Shown piece after piece: positions 23,860 to 35,800 of a stretch of 64,000 nucleotides of DNA. A program made the translations under genes and the position numbers. The notes beneath the pieces were generated by a model that saw nothing but the letters and a program-made list of their open reading frames with translations, ran no database searches and had not been told where the DNA came from. The first letter of the stretch is position 1; each line of letters starts with the position of its first letter. The stretch covers positions 239,417 through 303,416 of the forward strand of contig RDEW01000045.1 of NCBI GenBank assembly GCA_011109175.1, read 5' to 3'. This stretch comes from Dicyema japonicum (taxonomy: Eukaryota > Animalia > Dicyemida).

Positions 23860-25650
23860 ATATCCCGTGGCAGTTCAAGAATTTTCACGACCTTCTGGAA
23901 TTTTTGAGAATAATCTAGAAGCATGTAGACTATCGTGGAAAATATATCCTCACTGTTGATATTTTTAACGAAAATGAAAATATTCCTGTCCAGTAGGTTT
24001 GCAGAGAAGTTGTCCCCGATATTCCACACGAGGGATACGATACAGAGTGTCTTCAAATCGTCGGTTTCAGTCGACTTATCCTCTGAGGTGGCAATTTGGT
24101 TACATTTCCTCTGCAGAATTGCCTTGTTCTGAGTGAACATGAAGCTATGTCTTTTTCGACAAATTGGGAAAAAGGTCGTATAGTTGGGTCAATTGCTGAG
24201 TTTTTATGAAGAGGCCCATCTGTATGTTTGGGAGAATCCCTGAGTAACCGAATAGTCTCACTGTTTGGTAATATCATCACTAAACTGTGTTTTGGATCAT
24301 CATGAGAGTTATAAGCGGGCTTTTCTGTCAAAAAACTCCCTTATAAAAGTATTCGTATAAAGGGAGATAGCCAAATCCACGTTAAAAATACCATGGATTC
24401 AGCCAAGTTTAGAACATTCTGGAAAGACCCATTAATTCCTTCTGGATTGATTCCAAAATTAAGGACAAACTTGAGGAAAAATATCCGTTCAAAGTCGTCA
24501 TTGTTGAGGGAAAAGTCAATTCGGTTAAGTATCGGGACATCGGAGTACAGTATTTGCAGCTAAGTGTGCCAGATATGTCAAGTCCTAGGTTTCTTCGATG
24601 TAGCATAGGACTGTCTCCACATCATTGAATGAACAGATCCTGTCGATGCCCTCACACTCATCAACAATGTCTTAGTCTCTGAGAGGGATCCACCGATTGT
24701 AATCTTTCCATCTTTCGAGGTAAATCTACAATTTTAACTTAGTCTGTATTGCTTCGATTCTCATATTGAAAACCTCTTTCCTCCTCTCGATCACGTACTT
24801 GTTTTTATGAGTTTATATTCTTCCTCAGTTAATTCGTCCTTTAGCCTTCTTCCTAAGCCCAACTTGATTGCTGCTCTCCTTGTCTTTTCTAGTAAGGATA
24901 TAATTTTGTTCTTATCTTTGGAGAAAAAACATCCCTCACTCCTTACAGAGAGAATATGTTGGCAGCTGAACCACCTCAGTGGCCTCTTCTGTACCATTCA
25001 ATGTGATAGCCACGTGGGTCCTATCTCCTTTGGAATTAGAACTTTTGGAACAGGGAGTTTCCTATTTCCCTTGAAGGAACGACATGTACTCTTGGTAAAG
25101 AGGGTCAATTCCTTAATTTCATATTGTTATCATCAACCCAAAAGGGCAAGTTCTTCAAACACAATTTTGGACGATCTCACTAGGATTTCATTTAAGTAAT
25201 GGTTTCCAAGACAGAAATGTGAGGTAGCATTAACGTGATCACAAAAGTTCCTTTAATCCTCGACGGAAAATCTCAGAGCCTTTGTGGCTCAATCTGATAG
25301 ATCCCATCAAGTCGAAGAAGTATAATACGTTAGAGATTCTGATGGCTCCCAAATTAGATGTTACAGAGATCTGTATAAATATATTCCCTAAGTATTCAGA
25401 AGCTGAAGGATCATGAGGGATAGTGGAATTCTCAACATTGACTCCGTCTTATTTTTTTCCAATAATTGTTGCTATAGAATTTCCAGCGTTCGCCATGCCC
25501 TCCTGGAATGCGCATGCAAAAGCAACTCCATGTGGCTTCCTCGCTACAACACTACACATTGTAACTTTTTCCTTCATAGTCTTTTCTACTTTAGTATTTT
25601 ATACACGAGACACTTGAAAATTAAACGATTCGTATTTAGATCAACTATCA
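23860..25650 (-). mobile_element. I/Jockey-group LINE 3' part, possibly with an RNase H-like remnant
   Basis: 24800-24950 is homologous to 36800-36900; HTDG and MFTQNKAILQ resemble RNase H motifs only weakly. Confidence 0.5.
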
Positions 25651-25900
25651 GTTATCTTCACAAACCCAATATATCTCTCCCAAAACAAGTTGGCTGATCA
25701 GAGTCAACAACAACTGGTCTTGCTGTCTCTGAACTGTCATGTGGTCTTCTATCTGCTGAAACAGACAGAGTCGTTCACGGACAAGCATCAAATATTCACG
25801 GTTAAACTCGATAACACGTGATAATATTGCCAGTTTTCTTTCCACGAGGCATCTATATTGCATCCTCGGTGTTCAGAGGAGTCAACGAGATTCACAAACT
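25650..25900 (-). mobile_element. RTE 3' fragment
   Basis: Degenerate counterpart of the RW.LFGH..RL...RP.TL region. Confidence 0.45.
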
Positions 25901-26168
25901 CATCGTCCAGTAGTTTAAGCAGTCAGAGCACTTTTTCACACTCTTGGGGACTTTCGAGGCAGGATTTGATCATTTCGACTGTTTTGGGACTTAATGAAGG
26001 CTAAGCTGATGAGTCGTCAATTTTGTATAATATTCGCAGATGATTATCATAGATTTTTTAAATATATTATTAATTAATTTTATTATAAATGTTTTCTATT
26101 AATTAATATTTATATTGGGAAACCAAAATCTGATAAAATATTACTCAATAGATATATTTGGAAATTTT

Positions 26169-26938
26169 ATGATGCTACCTCAATTTGATTTCAATACTTT
26201 AAAAAAACCAGAGATTGTGTTCAGAACCATTATTTTTGTATTATAATTAAATTATCAAAATAGATATTCTCTACTTTTATGTTCCTCGCAGTTCTCTCCA
26301 CCAAGGACGTTGTCTTGTTTAATCTAAAATGCGACAATGTGACACAGATAGTCTCAATCCCAGTCGAATACCCTTTCAGGTAATATTGTTCGTTTATGTA
26401 TAGATTTGGAAATACTAAAGTTATCCAAAATTGTTCTTCAGTATTGTACCCGAGTTATCGATAGCTTCTGTGTCTTTCTACGTGTCTTGTCTCGTTCTTT
26501 GTGGGATCTATTCCCTGTCCAGTGTTCTCTTTATGCTATTCCGCCAAGATATTGTGGAAGGGAATGAAAATGTTAGAAAAATTGTATTATTACAATTTAA
26601 TAAATTTAGGATGCGATTTTTTCTTTATTTTTTGTTTGTTACTGTGGGATAAGCTTTGCCTCATGGGCCCCCAGTCTCATGGAACTGCGAAGCATGCTTA
26701 GAAGCGATTACTTCTGCCATGAATTCAAAGGCCAGTGTATGGTTATCGAATTCCCTCCCCTCAATCATTTGATGTTCTCATTGGTCAGTTTTTGAGTTAT
26801 TTCTAGGTGATTCTGTTTCTTACTATATTTTGTTGGATTGTTGTGTTCTCCCTCGCCTTTAAGAAGACGTCTTGGATTGATGCCATTAAAAGAAAACATG
26901 ACAGAAGACAATCCTTCTATATCAGCGGAAAATTTTAG
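26169..26938 (+). CDS. SYP: Synaptophysin/physin-family MARVEL protein, 5 exons
   Basis: Spliced: FDFNTLKKPEIVFRTIIF|IFSTF...VEYPFR|F...RKI|DAIFSLFF...SWAPSLMELRS...C...C...FSL|VILFLTIFCWIVVFSLAFKKTSW. Introns 26238-26263, 26380-26403, 26584-26609 and 26784-26806. One homopolymer indel near 26450. Orthology is at family level only. Confidence 0.85.
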
Positions 26939-27860
26939 TTTAAACTGATTATTGTCTTAGTTTGTCAAATGATATAATCACAGTTTTCAATTGATATAAT
27001 AATTTAATTATAAGGCTAGTTTTGAGATTTTTTGAGATGAGCGATAAGCAGAAAGTCTTTCTTCAAGATCCTGGGAATTGGTCATGCTCAAAAGCATGTC
27101 TGCAAAATTAAGTGACCTCAAGTTACCATCTGAAAGACAACACGGCGTGCATTATATCGACAAGAATAAATAACAAAAGGGTGTTCTGTTTTCCATTTAT
27201 TGGCTTTATTTTGTTATTCGTGGAATTTCAAATTAGTTCTTTTTAGCAGACATCAAGGATAGAGTCAAGTTAAAAACTGACAAATTAGTTCCTTCCTAAT
27301 TGCATATTTTTTTGGAAATAACTCTCCATTTTGGAGAAGCCAGGTCATCTTTATTTTGTTTGGATTCAGCGATACTTTCTTAAACGCGAATCTGCTAAAG
27401 TCATCGCTGTGCACGGGTTAGTGTAATGCTGAAGATTCGAAAAGGAGAAATGAAGATGCTGTCCACTCGAGTGGTTGAGAGCAATCGAAAACTCGGTAGA
27501 TCAGAACTATTTACTACGAATACTATCTTCTAAGTGAACCTAACATGAATACAAAAGCATAGAGACAAATCCTTTTAAAATCCATTTATTATTAATTCAA
27601 GAACACCAATACTTAATTTAATTACTAAATTAATTAAGTGATCTCGACAATCTCAACCAGATTTCTCATCCTTTTTTGTGCTCCTTATGGGATCCAACGC
27701 AGCTTCTCTGTGGGGGGATGATTTTGAGAATAGAAGTTGGAGAGGGATGATATATACTCTTCTTTTAAGACACGTCCTAGATTTGTACTTTTGGAGCCTG
27801 CATAGGACTGAGTAGTTTTTCTAAATATTTTACATTTCTTGATTCGTTGTTCTTGTACCA

Positions 27861-29020
27861 ATGACAAGAAAAAATTCAAAAATGTTAGAAGATACGAGAA
27901 GAGCACTTATAAATAAGGATGAAGAGGGTGGCGATTATATACAGCATGCTCGAGATCTTGGAGTCAAGAGGACAACAGCTATAGCCATCGTAAAAAATGG
28001 AAATCCGTATGATGTAAACGTGGAGGTAGAAGGGAAGCTACGATTAAACTTACGGATGATAATATGAATTTGATAATTGAAAAAATTGAGAATAATCCAT
28101 CGATAACATTGAAGGAAATACGAAAATTGGTAAATAATAAAGTTTGTATTGCGACAATATATAACCGACTTGATGGCCGATTGATTACCTACAAAATGCT
28201 GTGAAGAGAACCAATTTCAGGAATGGAAAATATAGAAAAAAAATATTTTCATTGGATTATCAACTAATACAAATAGAAAAATACATTTGGACGAAACAAA
28301 ATTCAATCTCTTTACATTAAAAAATTCAGCCGATCCCATATAGGATCACGTGCGATAGTTCCAGTAAGGACAAGCAAAGGGGTGAATCTCAACGTTATTT
28401 TAGCAAATGATGACAACGGAACAATTGTGAGAATTGAATCACACATTGGATCTATAAAATCGAGAATTATCAATTTTATGACGGTATTATCTGACAGTTT
28501 AGCTGGAGAGGAACTTATTATTTATATAAATAAAGCTCCAATCCATAAAAAACAAGAAATTTTGAAGGTATACGAGTAGAACATACTATACGAAGATTTG
28601 ATGCACCATATTCTCCTAACTTAATCCATGCGAAGGCTGTTTTTCTATTCTTATTTATCACAACAATCCCCATAATGATGTTATTGCACCAGGAAATGGA
28701 ACCCTGACCGAATTTCGAGCTCAATTACTACAAAATGCTTTGGACTATTTTATAACATCTAACACGGGAGAAAATACGACATTTTTACAGGAATGTTGAA
28801 ATAAATGGAAATTGTACGATTAGGATTCCATTATATGATTTTGTTAATTAATATTGTTAATTGTCAAATTATATTGTTAAAATAGATTTAAAAATGTTAA
28901 AATTGAATATCGCATTGTTAAAATTGATGCAAAATATGTCAATATTGCTTATTGTCAATGATGAATATTGCTTTGTCAAAATAGATATAAAAAATGTCAG
29001 AATTGAACTGAAAATGGTAT
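27861..29020 (+). mobile_element. Tc1/IS630-like transposase remnant with subterminal repeats
   Basis: HTH region, NPSITLKEIR, LDETKFNL, IYINKAPIH and PYSPNL; repeated TTGT(T/C)AAAAT(T/A)GA at 28850-29010. Confidence 0.7.
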
Positions 29021-29399
29021 AGTTTTCCGAAATTACTAATAGTAGTTACTGTCAGGGACTGAATTTCACTGACTTTCTGTTTATTTGTCCAGGATAGATT
29101 GATTCCCTACAATACTCTGACAGATGGCCAAGTGAATTTTTTTACAATAATTTTAACGCGGGGAAAGGGGTTTAATGTCACAAAATAGAGTTTCTTATCT
29201 CTAGCTTCCTTGAACAGCTTTTGAAATGCCTTCGACATGAGATGAAAAAGATATGTATCGATGGTGATACCAAAGATTTTCAGTTTCTTAGTGAAAGGTA
29301 TTTAAGTCTGGTTGATAAAATATCCACGGTCATTTTTCCAAGTAGTTTGTCTAAGGTAAATAAGGATGTAAATGATTTTTCAGGAGATCTGTCAAGTCA

Positions 29400-29900
29400 A
29401 TTAGAATTTAGCCAACTTTGAATCTTGTGAAGTTATTCTTGTAGTTTTTTAAATGCTTTGGGATCTTTGTATAGGTGACTAACATTTGATAGGGGAAATC
29501 GTCTTTATTATCGGGTCGTGGTAAATCAGACATATACAAGTTAAATAAGCTAGTGAAACACCATTGGGCGTTTAATCTTGAAACTGACTTGGTCTGATCC
29601 ATGTATACCCTGACCCTTCTATTGATGAAATTAGTAAGCCAGAGTTTTATATTGGGCTTAACGGAGAGATTAAACATTTATTGGGTTAGGATTTTTCTGG
29701 AGACAAATTCAAGGCCTTTTCCAAAATCGCCGAGTAAACGACGGTTTTGAGGTGACAAGGATTTGTGTTAAACCTTCAAGGATAAGTTGATTGACGGCAG
29801 TGAGGCGAGTAGAGCTTGAATAATCCCTTCTGAATCCATTTTGTGAAGACAGGAAGGGGTTATAAGATTAATTTTTTCAAATTATTTTGATAAGGTGCAA
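29400..29900 (-). mobile_element. Jockey/I-like RT fragment
   Basis: IKLWLTNFINRR...LFNLYMSDLP; same family as 21400-21800. Confidence 0.7.
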
Positions 29901-30639
29901 AGTAAAAAAGATTGGAGAAATGATGCAGGATTGTCCTTATGTTTTCCAGGTTCAAGGATTGGGCGTATATAGGACAATTTCCAGATACAGTAATCTCAGA
30001 TTTGCCATTTTTAAAAAATTTTTCCAATTTTAGTAGAAATTTGCCAGAATTTTTTATTGTTTAAAAAAATTACTGAAAATTAAAACAATAAAACTTTATT
30101 CAACTATCATGCCTCGTTGTTATTCTATTGGTCAATATACAAAACTCACTATCGAACAAAAAGTGCAAATACTGCGTTATAAGGACGACAACGACTTATT
30201 ATCAAGCCAGAAAATTGCTGATAACTTATCCTTTTTGTTTAAAGTGAACATTTGCCAGAGGACAGTTAACGCTATCTTAAAGAGCCGTGAGTCAATTTTG
30301 GAACAATTAAAAACTAAAAATTCCTCGACAAAAACAGTCAAAAAGTTAAAGTTCCCGCAACTTGATGAAAAGCTTGTTGAGTGGATGGATTCGATGGAAT
30401 CAAAAGGTATTCTAATTGTTTTTAAATTTTAAGGTGCATTGTTGAACGATGCATTAATATTTAGTAAGAAGAATTCTTCGCTAAGCAATTTTCTCGTGAC
30501 TATTTCAAAAACTTATAAATTTTTATCCAAATTTAAGAAAAGGCATGGATTTCGGATGAGGAAATTACACGGACAAATGTGCACTGACAAAAGTGTCGAT
30601 ATTGAAGGGTTTCTCAAAGAATTTCAAAAAGTTTCAAAG

Positions 30640-33600
30640 TACAATCAGGCCATGGAATCATATTATTTTTTATTATTTAAGCACTTCACGAGAGCCATAC
30701 TTATTATAGCCCCGCATGTGCAGCAAAAGAAACAAGGTTAGATGTCATACTTTTCCATGCTCCCCTGTTCCTAGCCAAAGCTCTCATGTTGTCCAGGTCG
30801 TCGGTATTTTTTAGATTTCTTTTGATATTGACCAGGTCTTTTTGTAAAACTATTGGCAGTGTGCTCTAGGTCTTCCACGATAGCGGCCTTCTTGACTAAC
30901 ATAGTATGTTTCCATATATATATATTTGGTGGGATGTTAATTCCATCCTCAGCACGTGTCCGAAGAGCTTCCATCGGGATTCCAGTACTTCTAAGCTGAT
31001 AGGTCTAGTGCTGCATCTCTTATGTAAAGCATTTCTCGATATTCTCGTAGGCCAAGTAGTTCCTGTTATTTTTTCTCAGCTGACCTCTGTGGAACGATAT
31101 AGTCTTTCCATACCCGCTGATGAGGTCACCCAAGTTCCAGCGTTATACAAAAGTACGGGTTTTATGAATGAGTCGAATAATAGGATTCTCATTTTCGTGT
31201 CGATACCTCTTTGATTGAGCCATAGATTCTTCAGTTTATATACGCAGCATTGGCTAGAGTTTTCATACGTAAGATATCTTTGCTATCTACCATAAGTGAA
31301 CCGAGTTTCTTTACTTGTCGCCACTTCTCATCTAGGACGTTACTTCATATCTGTGAGTTCTGTTTTCTCTCTGTTCACAGTAAGAAACCATCTGGTGCTT
31401 TTTCTAATAGGTTTTCCATGACCTCTTTGTCTTCATAAATTAGGTCTACATCGTCCGCGTAGATCACTTCTTCCGTCTTTCCTTGGTATAACGGTAAGTT
31501 CCCTCATTGTGGCTTCCAAATAAATTATGAATAGTAGAGGAGAAAGAGAGTCTCCTTGTGGAGTGCCCGTGTTTGTTTCAAATTTTCTTGAATAGGTCTT
31601 TCCGACTCTCACAAGGAGCTCAGTGTTGGAAAGTAGAATTCCGGTCATCCTTAGACTCGACTCATCAAGAAATCCGCTCAGTACCCCATTAACTTGTTCC
31701 TGTTAACCGTATTAAAAGCTCTTGATAGGTCAATTCCCAGAATATTGGTGACGTTACGGTATCTTTAATATGTTGCACACCTCCATCTGTGACTCCATAC
31801 CGCATCAGCTGTGGATCTCCCTTCTCGAAAACCACTTTGACTATCTGGTAGGTATTTGTAAGCAGATCCTTTTATTCGTTCAAGCACAATGTTTGCCAAG
31901 ACTTTGCGTAATGAATTTAGTAGTATGATGGGTCGAAAATTTTCGAGCGGTCTTCTGGTTTTGTTGATTTTTTGTATGGGGATTAGTAGTCCCGTACCCA
32001 GAGGTAGAGTTGAGTTGTTGAAAACATTTCATTTAGTAGTGTAGCGATTTTTTCAAAAAGGAGGTCAGGGCCGTATTTCAGTAGTTCTGGATCGCATTGG
32101 TCCGGGGCTTCTGTTATTCTTGAGTTTTCGGCAGGCCGTTTTGATTTCCTCGGCCGTGATTGGTATCTCAAGGGGTCTTGGCCTTCCATCAAATGGGTGG
32201 ATTTCTATGGTTTTGATGTTGAAAAGCTTCTCAAAGTGAGCCGCGATGGCTTCAGTTTGTTCTTTGGTGTTCAGTATCAGCTTACCGTTCTCGTCTTTTA
32301 TGGTTAGTCGACTTCGGTTTGTTCGCCGCAGCAAACGGGCAGCGACGTACACCTGTGCGTTGTCTTTCACTTTGTTTACTTCTATATACAGGAAGCTATT
32401 TCTTCTATGAAAAGCTTCTTGTTCAGACCCTTTATTTTTCTGACACGTTGTCTTTCGCCTTGAAGGGCTTTTTCGCATTAGTGTCAGTGGCATTTGATTT
32501 TCTCATATTTATTTCTTTTAGACTTTTCGCAAGCTCAGGAACATCTGGATGAATAGCCTTCAGGTGCATTTTACTATTCTCCCTTTTGCCAAGACATGCC
32601 TCAGCAGCTTCGTTGATGGTATCCTTTGTGCGTTTCCAGGCGTCTTCTAACGAGGTATCCAATACGTCCTGCAATGAGTCTGAATGTATTGTTGATATCT
32701 CTCAGTAGTCTCTGGTTAAGAAATCAGCCTTTCAGTCGCGTAATCACCTCTGACTTTCTCAAATTCGTGATGTTTGGCATTCTTGTATTTGTGGCATGTT
32801 TTTTCAAAATGAAGATCGCAATAACCATCTTGTGGTCGCTGAAAGTCGTCGAACCTTCAAATGAACTTGCGTTTACTAGAAGGTGTTTGTCTTTACTCCG
32901 GCTTATGACATAATCTATTTGGTTGTATATTGGGACCAGCTTTCCCTCTGAGTTCATTCGCTTCCCCATCCACGTAGTTTTGTGGCAGGATGCGTAAATG
33001 CAGTATTGCATAGGAAAAGGTTGTTTGCCATACAAAATGACCAAGTATTGTCCCGGGTAGGTTTCTTATTTCACGTCCATGTTCTCCCAAGAAAACATCA
33101 TCCGGGTTATTCTTCATCCCGATTTTCGCATTCAAATCCCCAGAATGAGTATTAGTGATGACGACTCATATTCGTTGTACGTCCGTAATGTTGAATAGAA
33201 GTTGTCTAGTTCTGTCGGATCTTTCGCTACTCTCCCGCAGTGTGACGCATAAACATTTACAATTGTCAGAAAGCTCTTCGAAGGAGTAAGTCGTTTAGAC
33301 GGATTTGTATAACACAGATCCTGTCATTCACACTCCATATACTGTGGACTGCACTTGTCAACTTTGAATGGATGGCAAATCCAAGTCCATAATATTTTGA
33401 GTCGCTTGGTAGACATATAATTCGATATTCTTCATAGTCCTCATCAAGGCTACAAGTAACTTTCGTCTCTTGTAGACCCAATAGATACGTCGTATCTCTC
33501 CAGGTCGTCACAGAGAATCTTCCTCGACCAGGTCGTAGATAAGCCTCTAGTATTGAACGTAAGGAGCTTTGACGAGATGCATCCCTTTGTACCCCTTGCT

Positions 33601-33850
33601 TTTTAGACATTTTTCTCAACTGTGATCCAATTAATAAACGAGGAACGTCACCACCTCACCAAAAAAATCATACTTTTCTGTGTTAAACAAAACAACGTAT
33701 CGACAACGTTGCCGTCGACGCTCGACATAGAACTCACTTGCATAGGAAAAAAAACTGAAAACAAAAGAGGATCTGGATGATCTGAGGGCGGTTTTGAAAA
33801 ACAGGGGGATGGAACGAATGCATCCAGAGATGCATGGTAAAAGTGGAATC
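30640..33850 (+). mobile_element. RTE 3' fragment split by the full-length RTE
   Basis: NQAMES (30640-30662) continues as YFSV...TTLPSTLD...KTKEDLDDLR (33670-33810). Confidence 0.6.
30663..33665 (-). mobile_element. Full-length RTE-like LINE with frameshifts and a 7-bp TSD
   Basis: AATCATA at 30656-30662 and 33666-33672; APE motifs (GLQET, NVYA, QIDYV, SDH); RT motifs (GTPQGDSLSP, YADD); TAA-rich tail. Confidence 0.9.
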
Positions 33851-33939
33851 TCAAATTAGTTAACTTTTCTGGTTCCGCGGACATTGCTATTAATAATAAG
33901 TGCACTTTTAGTAACTACATTGTCCCTAAGGAAAGAATA

Positions 33940-34066
33940 GTGGATCCTCTTGGTGGCGGCCAGGCATTGGGCGTCTCCTCAGTAAGGTGGATCCAATTAC
34001 ACCATCAGAGGGAGGGAAAATAATTTTTGACATACTAACCACATAGCACAACATGACGCCACGCGG
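33940..34066 (-). repeat. SINE-like element, 5' part
   Basis: Matches 44985-45120 and ends at the same CCACGCGG boundary. Confidence 0.6.
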
Positions 34067-34392
34067 CTGTTCAAAATTCAATAAAATCAATTTAGTTATT
34101 TTCATCGATGAGAAGTTTCCCAATAACTATTTAAAATTATTCTAAAATTTGCCATTTTTCAAATTTGCCGCAAAAAATGCTAGAACCAAAAATGGCAAAT
34201 TTGGGAGTTTACTGTACTTGGATTCATGTTTTTTGAATTAGATAATTTATTCGTGTTACTTTATTTCCACCTTATTATTTTTACAAATTTATTAAAATAT
34301 TTTCTAATCATAGGGATGATAGTAAATTTATGTTAATCCACAGTCAACAATCACATAATAAAAAACGTGTTTTTGATAATATAATTTTAAAG

Positions 34393-34595
34393 TAATTTAA
34401 TTTATTAACCCCGTATACACAGAGAAAGTAGTTAAGTGTATTAAGTCAACTGCTACACTAACAGAGTTAATCGGAACCAGCATAAAAGGTAAAATATGTC
34501 TATTACTTGCAGTTGTGGAAATTCCTCCAGTGAAGTGGGGAGAAGAAATGATCTTTTTTTGTGCAATCCTGGCACTAAGCGCCACCTGAGATGCT
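34393..34595 (-). repeat. SINE-like element, 3' part with tail
   Basis: Matches 44793-45010. Confidence 0.65.
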
Positions 34596-34708
34596 CTGCA
34601 AAATCTGAACAAAAATAAGAGTCTGGGCATTACGGAACTTCTGACACATTCGTCGCCTTCACTGGCCTACCAACTATTCAGCATGTTAAACAACATTTTT
34701 ATGAGACA

Positions 34709-35105
34709 CGTTCCGGAATATGCCCCCTAACGGGTAGGGGGTGTATTCCTATACTTTGTTATTTCTAAGAGAGTGTCTGATCGATTCCAAAGAGTATCGT
34801 GGTATTCCTGTATTTAACTCTTTCGTGGAATCATGTTCACGATAATCCAGAAAGTTTTAATTTAGAAGAATTGGAAGTTGTTGAAAATCTCTACACTTAT
34901 GCAAAAGGTTTTTTAATGTTATTTATTTGTAAGGATTATGAGTTCCAGTTTAACTTTGAGAGGGTAAATTTGCAGTCTTCGTATTATAAATAAATGAAAA
35001 TGGGAGTGGTTTTTCACAACGACTAAAAAATCAATACCAATGAAAATAATAGTTAATTAGCACTTTTATAAAAATTGTTATAATAGATTATTTTTATTTT
35101 TGACA
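34709..35105 (+). repeat. Unclassified dispersed repeat, copy 2, with ORF 34799-34993
   Basis: Aligns with 20654-21393 apart from several deletions. Confidence 0.75.
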
Positions 35106-35109
35106 TTGA

Positions 35110-35800
35110 TGGATCACTCTCAGCGATCGATCACCCTCAGCGCTCCCGACATATTAAATTTTCCCACTCTTCCTTCCGTCAAACAATTAGTGAAATGGTT
35201 AAACTCCACCTTTAACGCTGCGAAAAGGAAGTACATTCTTATGGGGAGGCAACCTACGTCATCAAAACGATTCAACACAACGACGAAACATCTGATCCGA
35301 GAAAGAAATAATCTAAAGATGGTAAAATCGCCTCAGAAGAAGACATCAGGAAAATACGAGAAGGCTTCCTACTATCACCCCAACTCTTCAATCTCTACAT
35401 AAACGACATGCCACAAACCTGTAATTAAAACTGCCTAATTTTCTCATATGTCGAGGATATCATTCTTGCCTCTAAGAACAGAAGCATTCAATTAGCGACT
35501 CAGTCCGCTCGACAAATGCTTGACAAGCTAAAACTATGGCTCTCGAAACGGAGACTCGACACATCAGCAACAAAGTCCTCTGTCATGCTTTTTACCACTT
35601 AAAAAAGATAGCTCTCCAAAAATCTTTATGAAGAACGAGATTATTCCTATTAAAAAAACTAAGATTCTGGGAATCATCTTTGATCAGGGACTCACCTTTA
35701 TCCAACTTGTTCAGAACAAAGAAACTTCTGCTCTGAAGAAAATGAGAATTTTAAAAGTGCTCTCAAAAACAGAATTGTTTCCCGGATTTTCTATTATTAA
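35110..35800 (+). mobile_element. Jockey/I-like LINE fragment
   Basis: Linker (KHLIRERNNL) followed by LLSPTLFNLYINDMP and a degenerate YADD. Confidence 0.7.

Larger units (their letters stand above)
29988..34214 (+). mobile_element. Tigger/pogo element with TIRs and TA TSD, interrupted by nested retroelements
   Basis: Left TA|CAGTAATCTCAGATTTGCCATTTT and right AAAATGGCAAATTTGGGAGTTTACTG|TA; CENP-B-type HTH ORF from 30109 (KLTIEQK...FPQLDEKLVEW...FKKRHG); 27-nt intron 30407-30433. Confidence 0.82.

Noticed and set aside
30745-33678. Apparent 11-bp TSD TCATACTTTTC around the RTE
   Set aside because: The left copy lies inside the element's C-terminal coding sequence (WKSM). The element continues to its tail at about 30663, where AATCATA is the consistent TSD.
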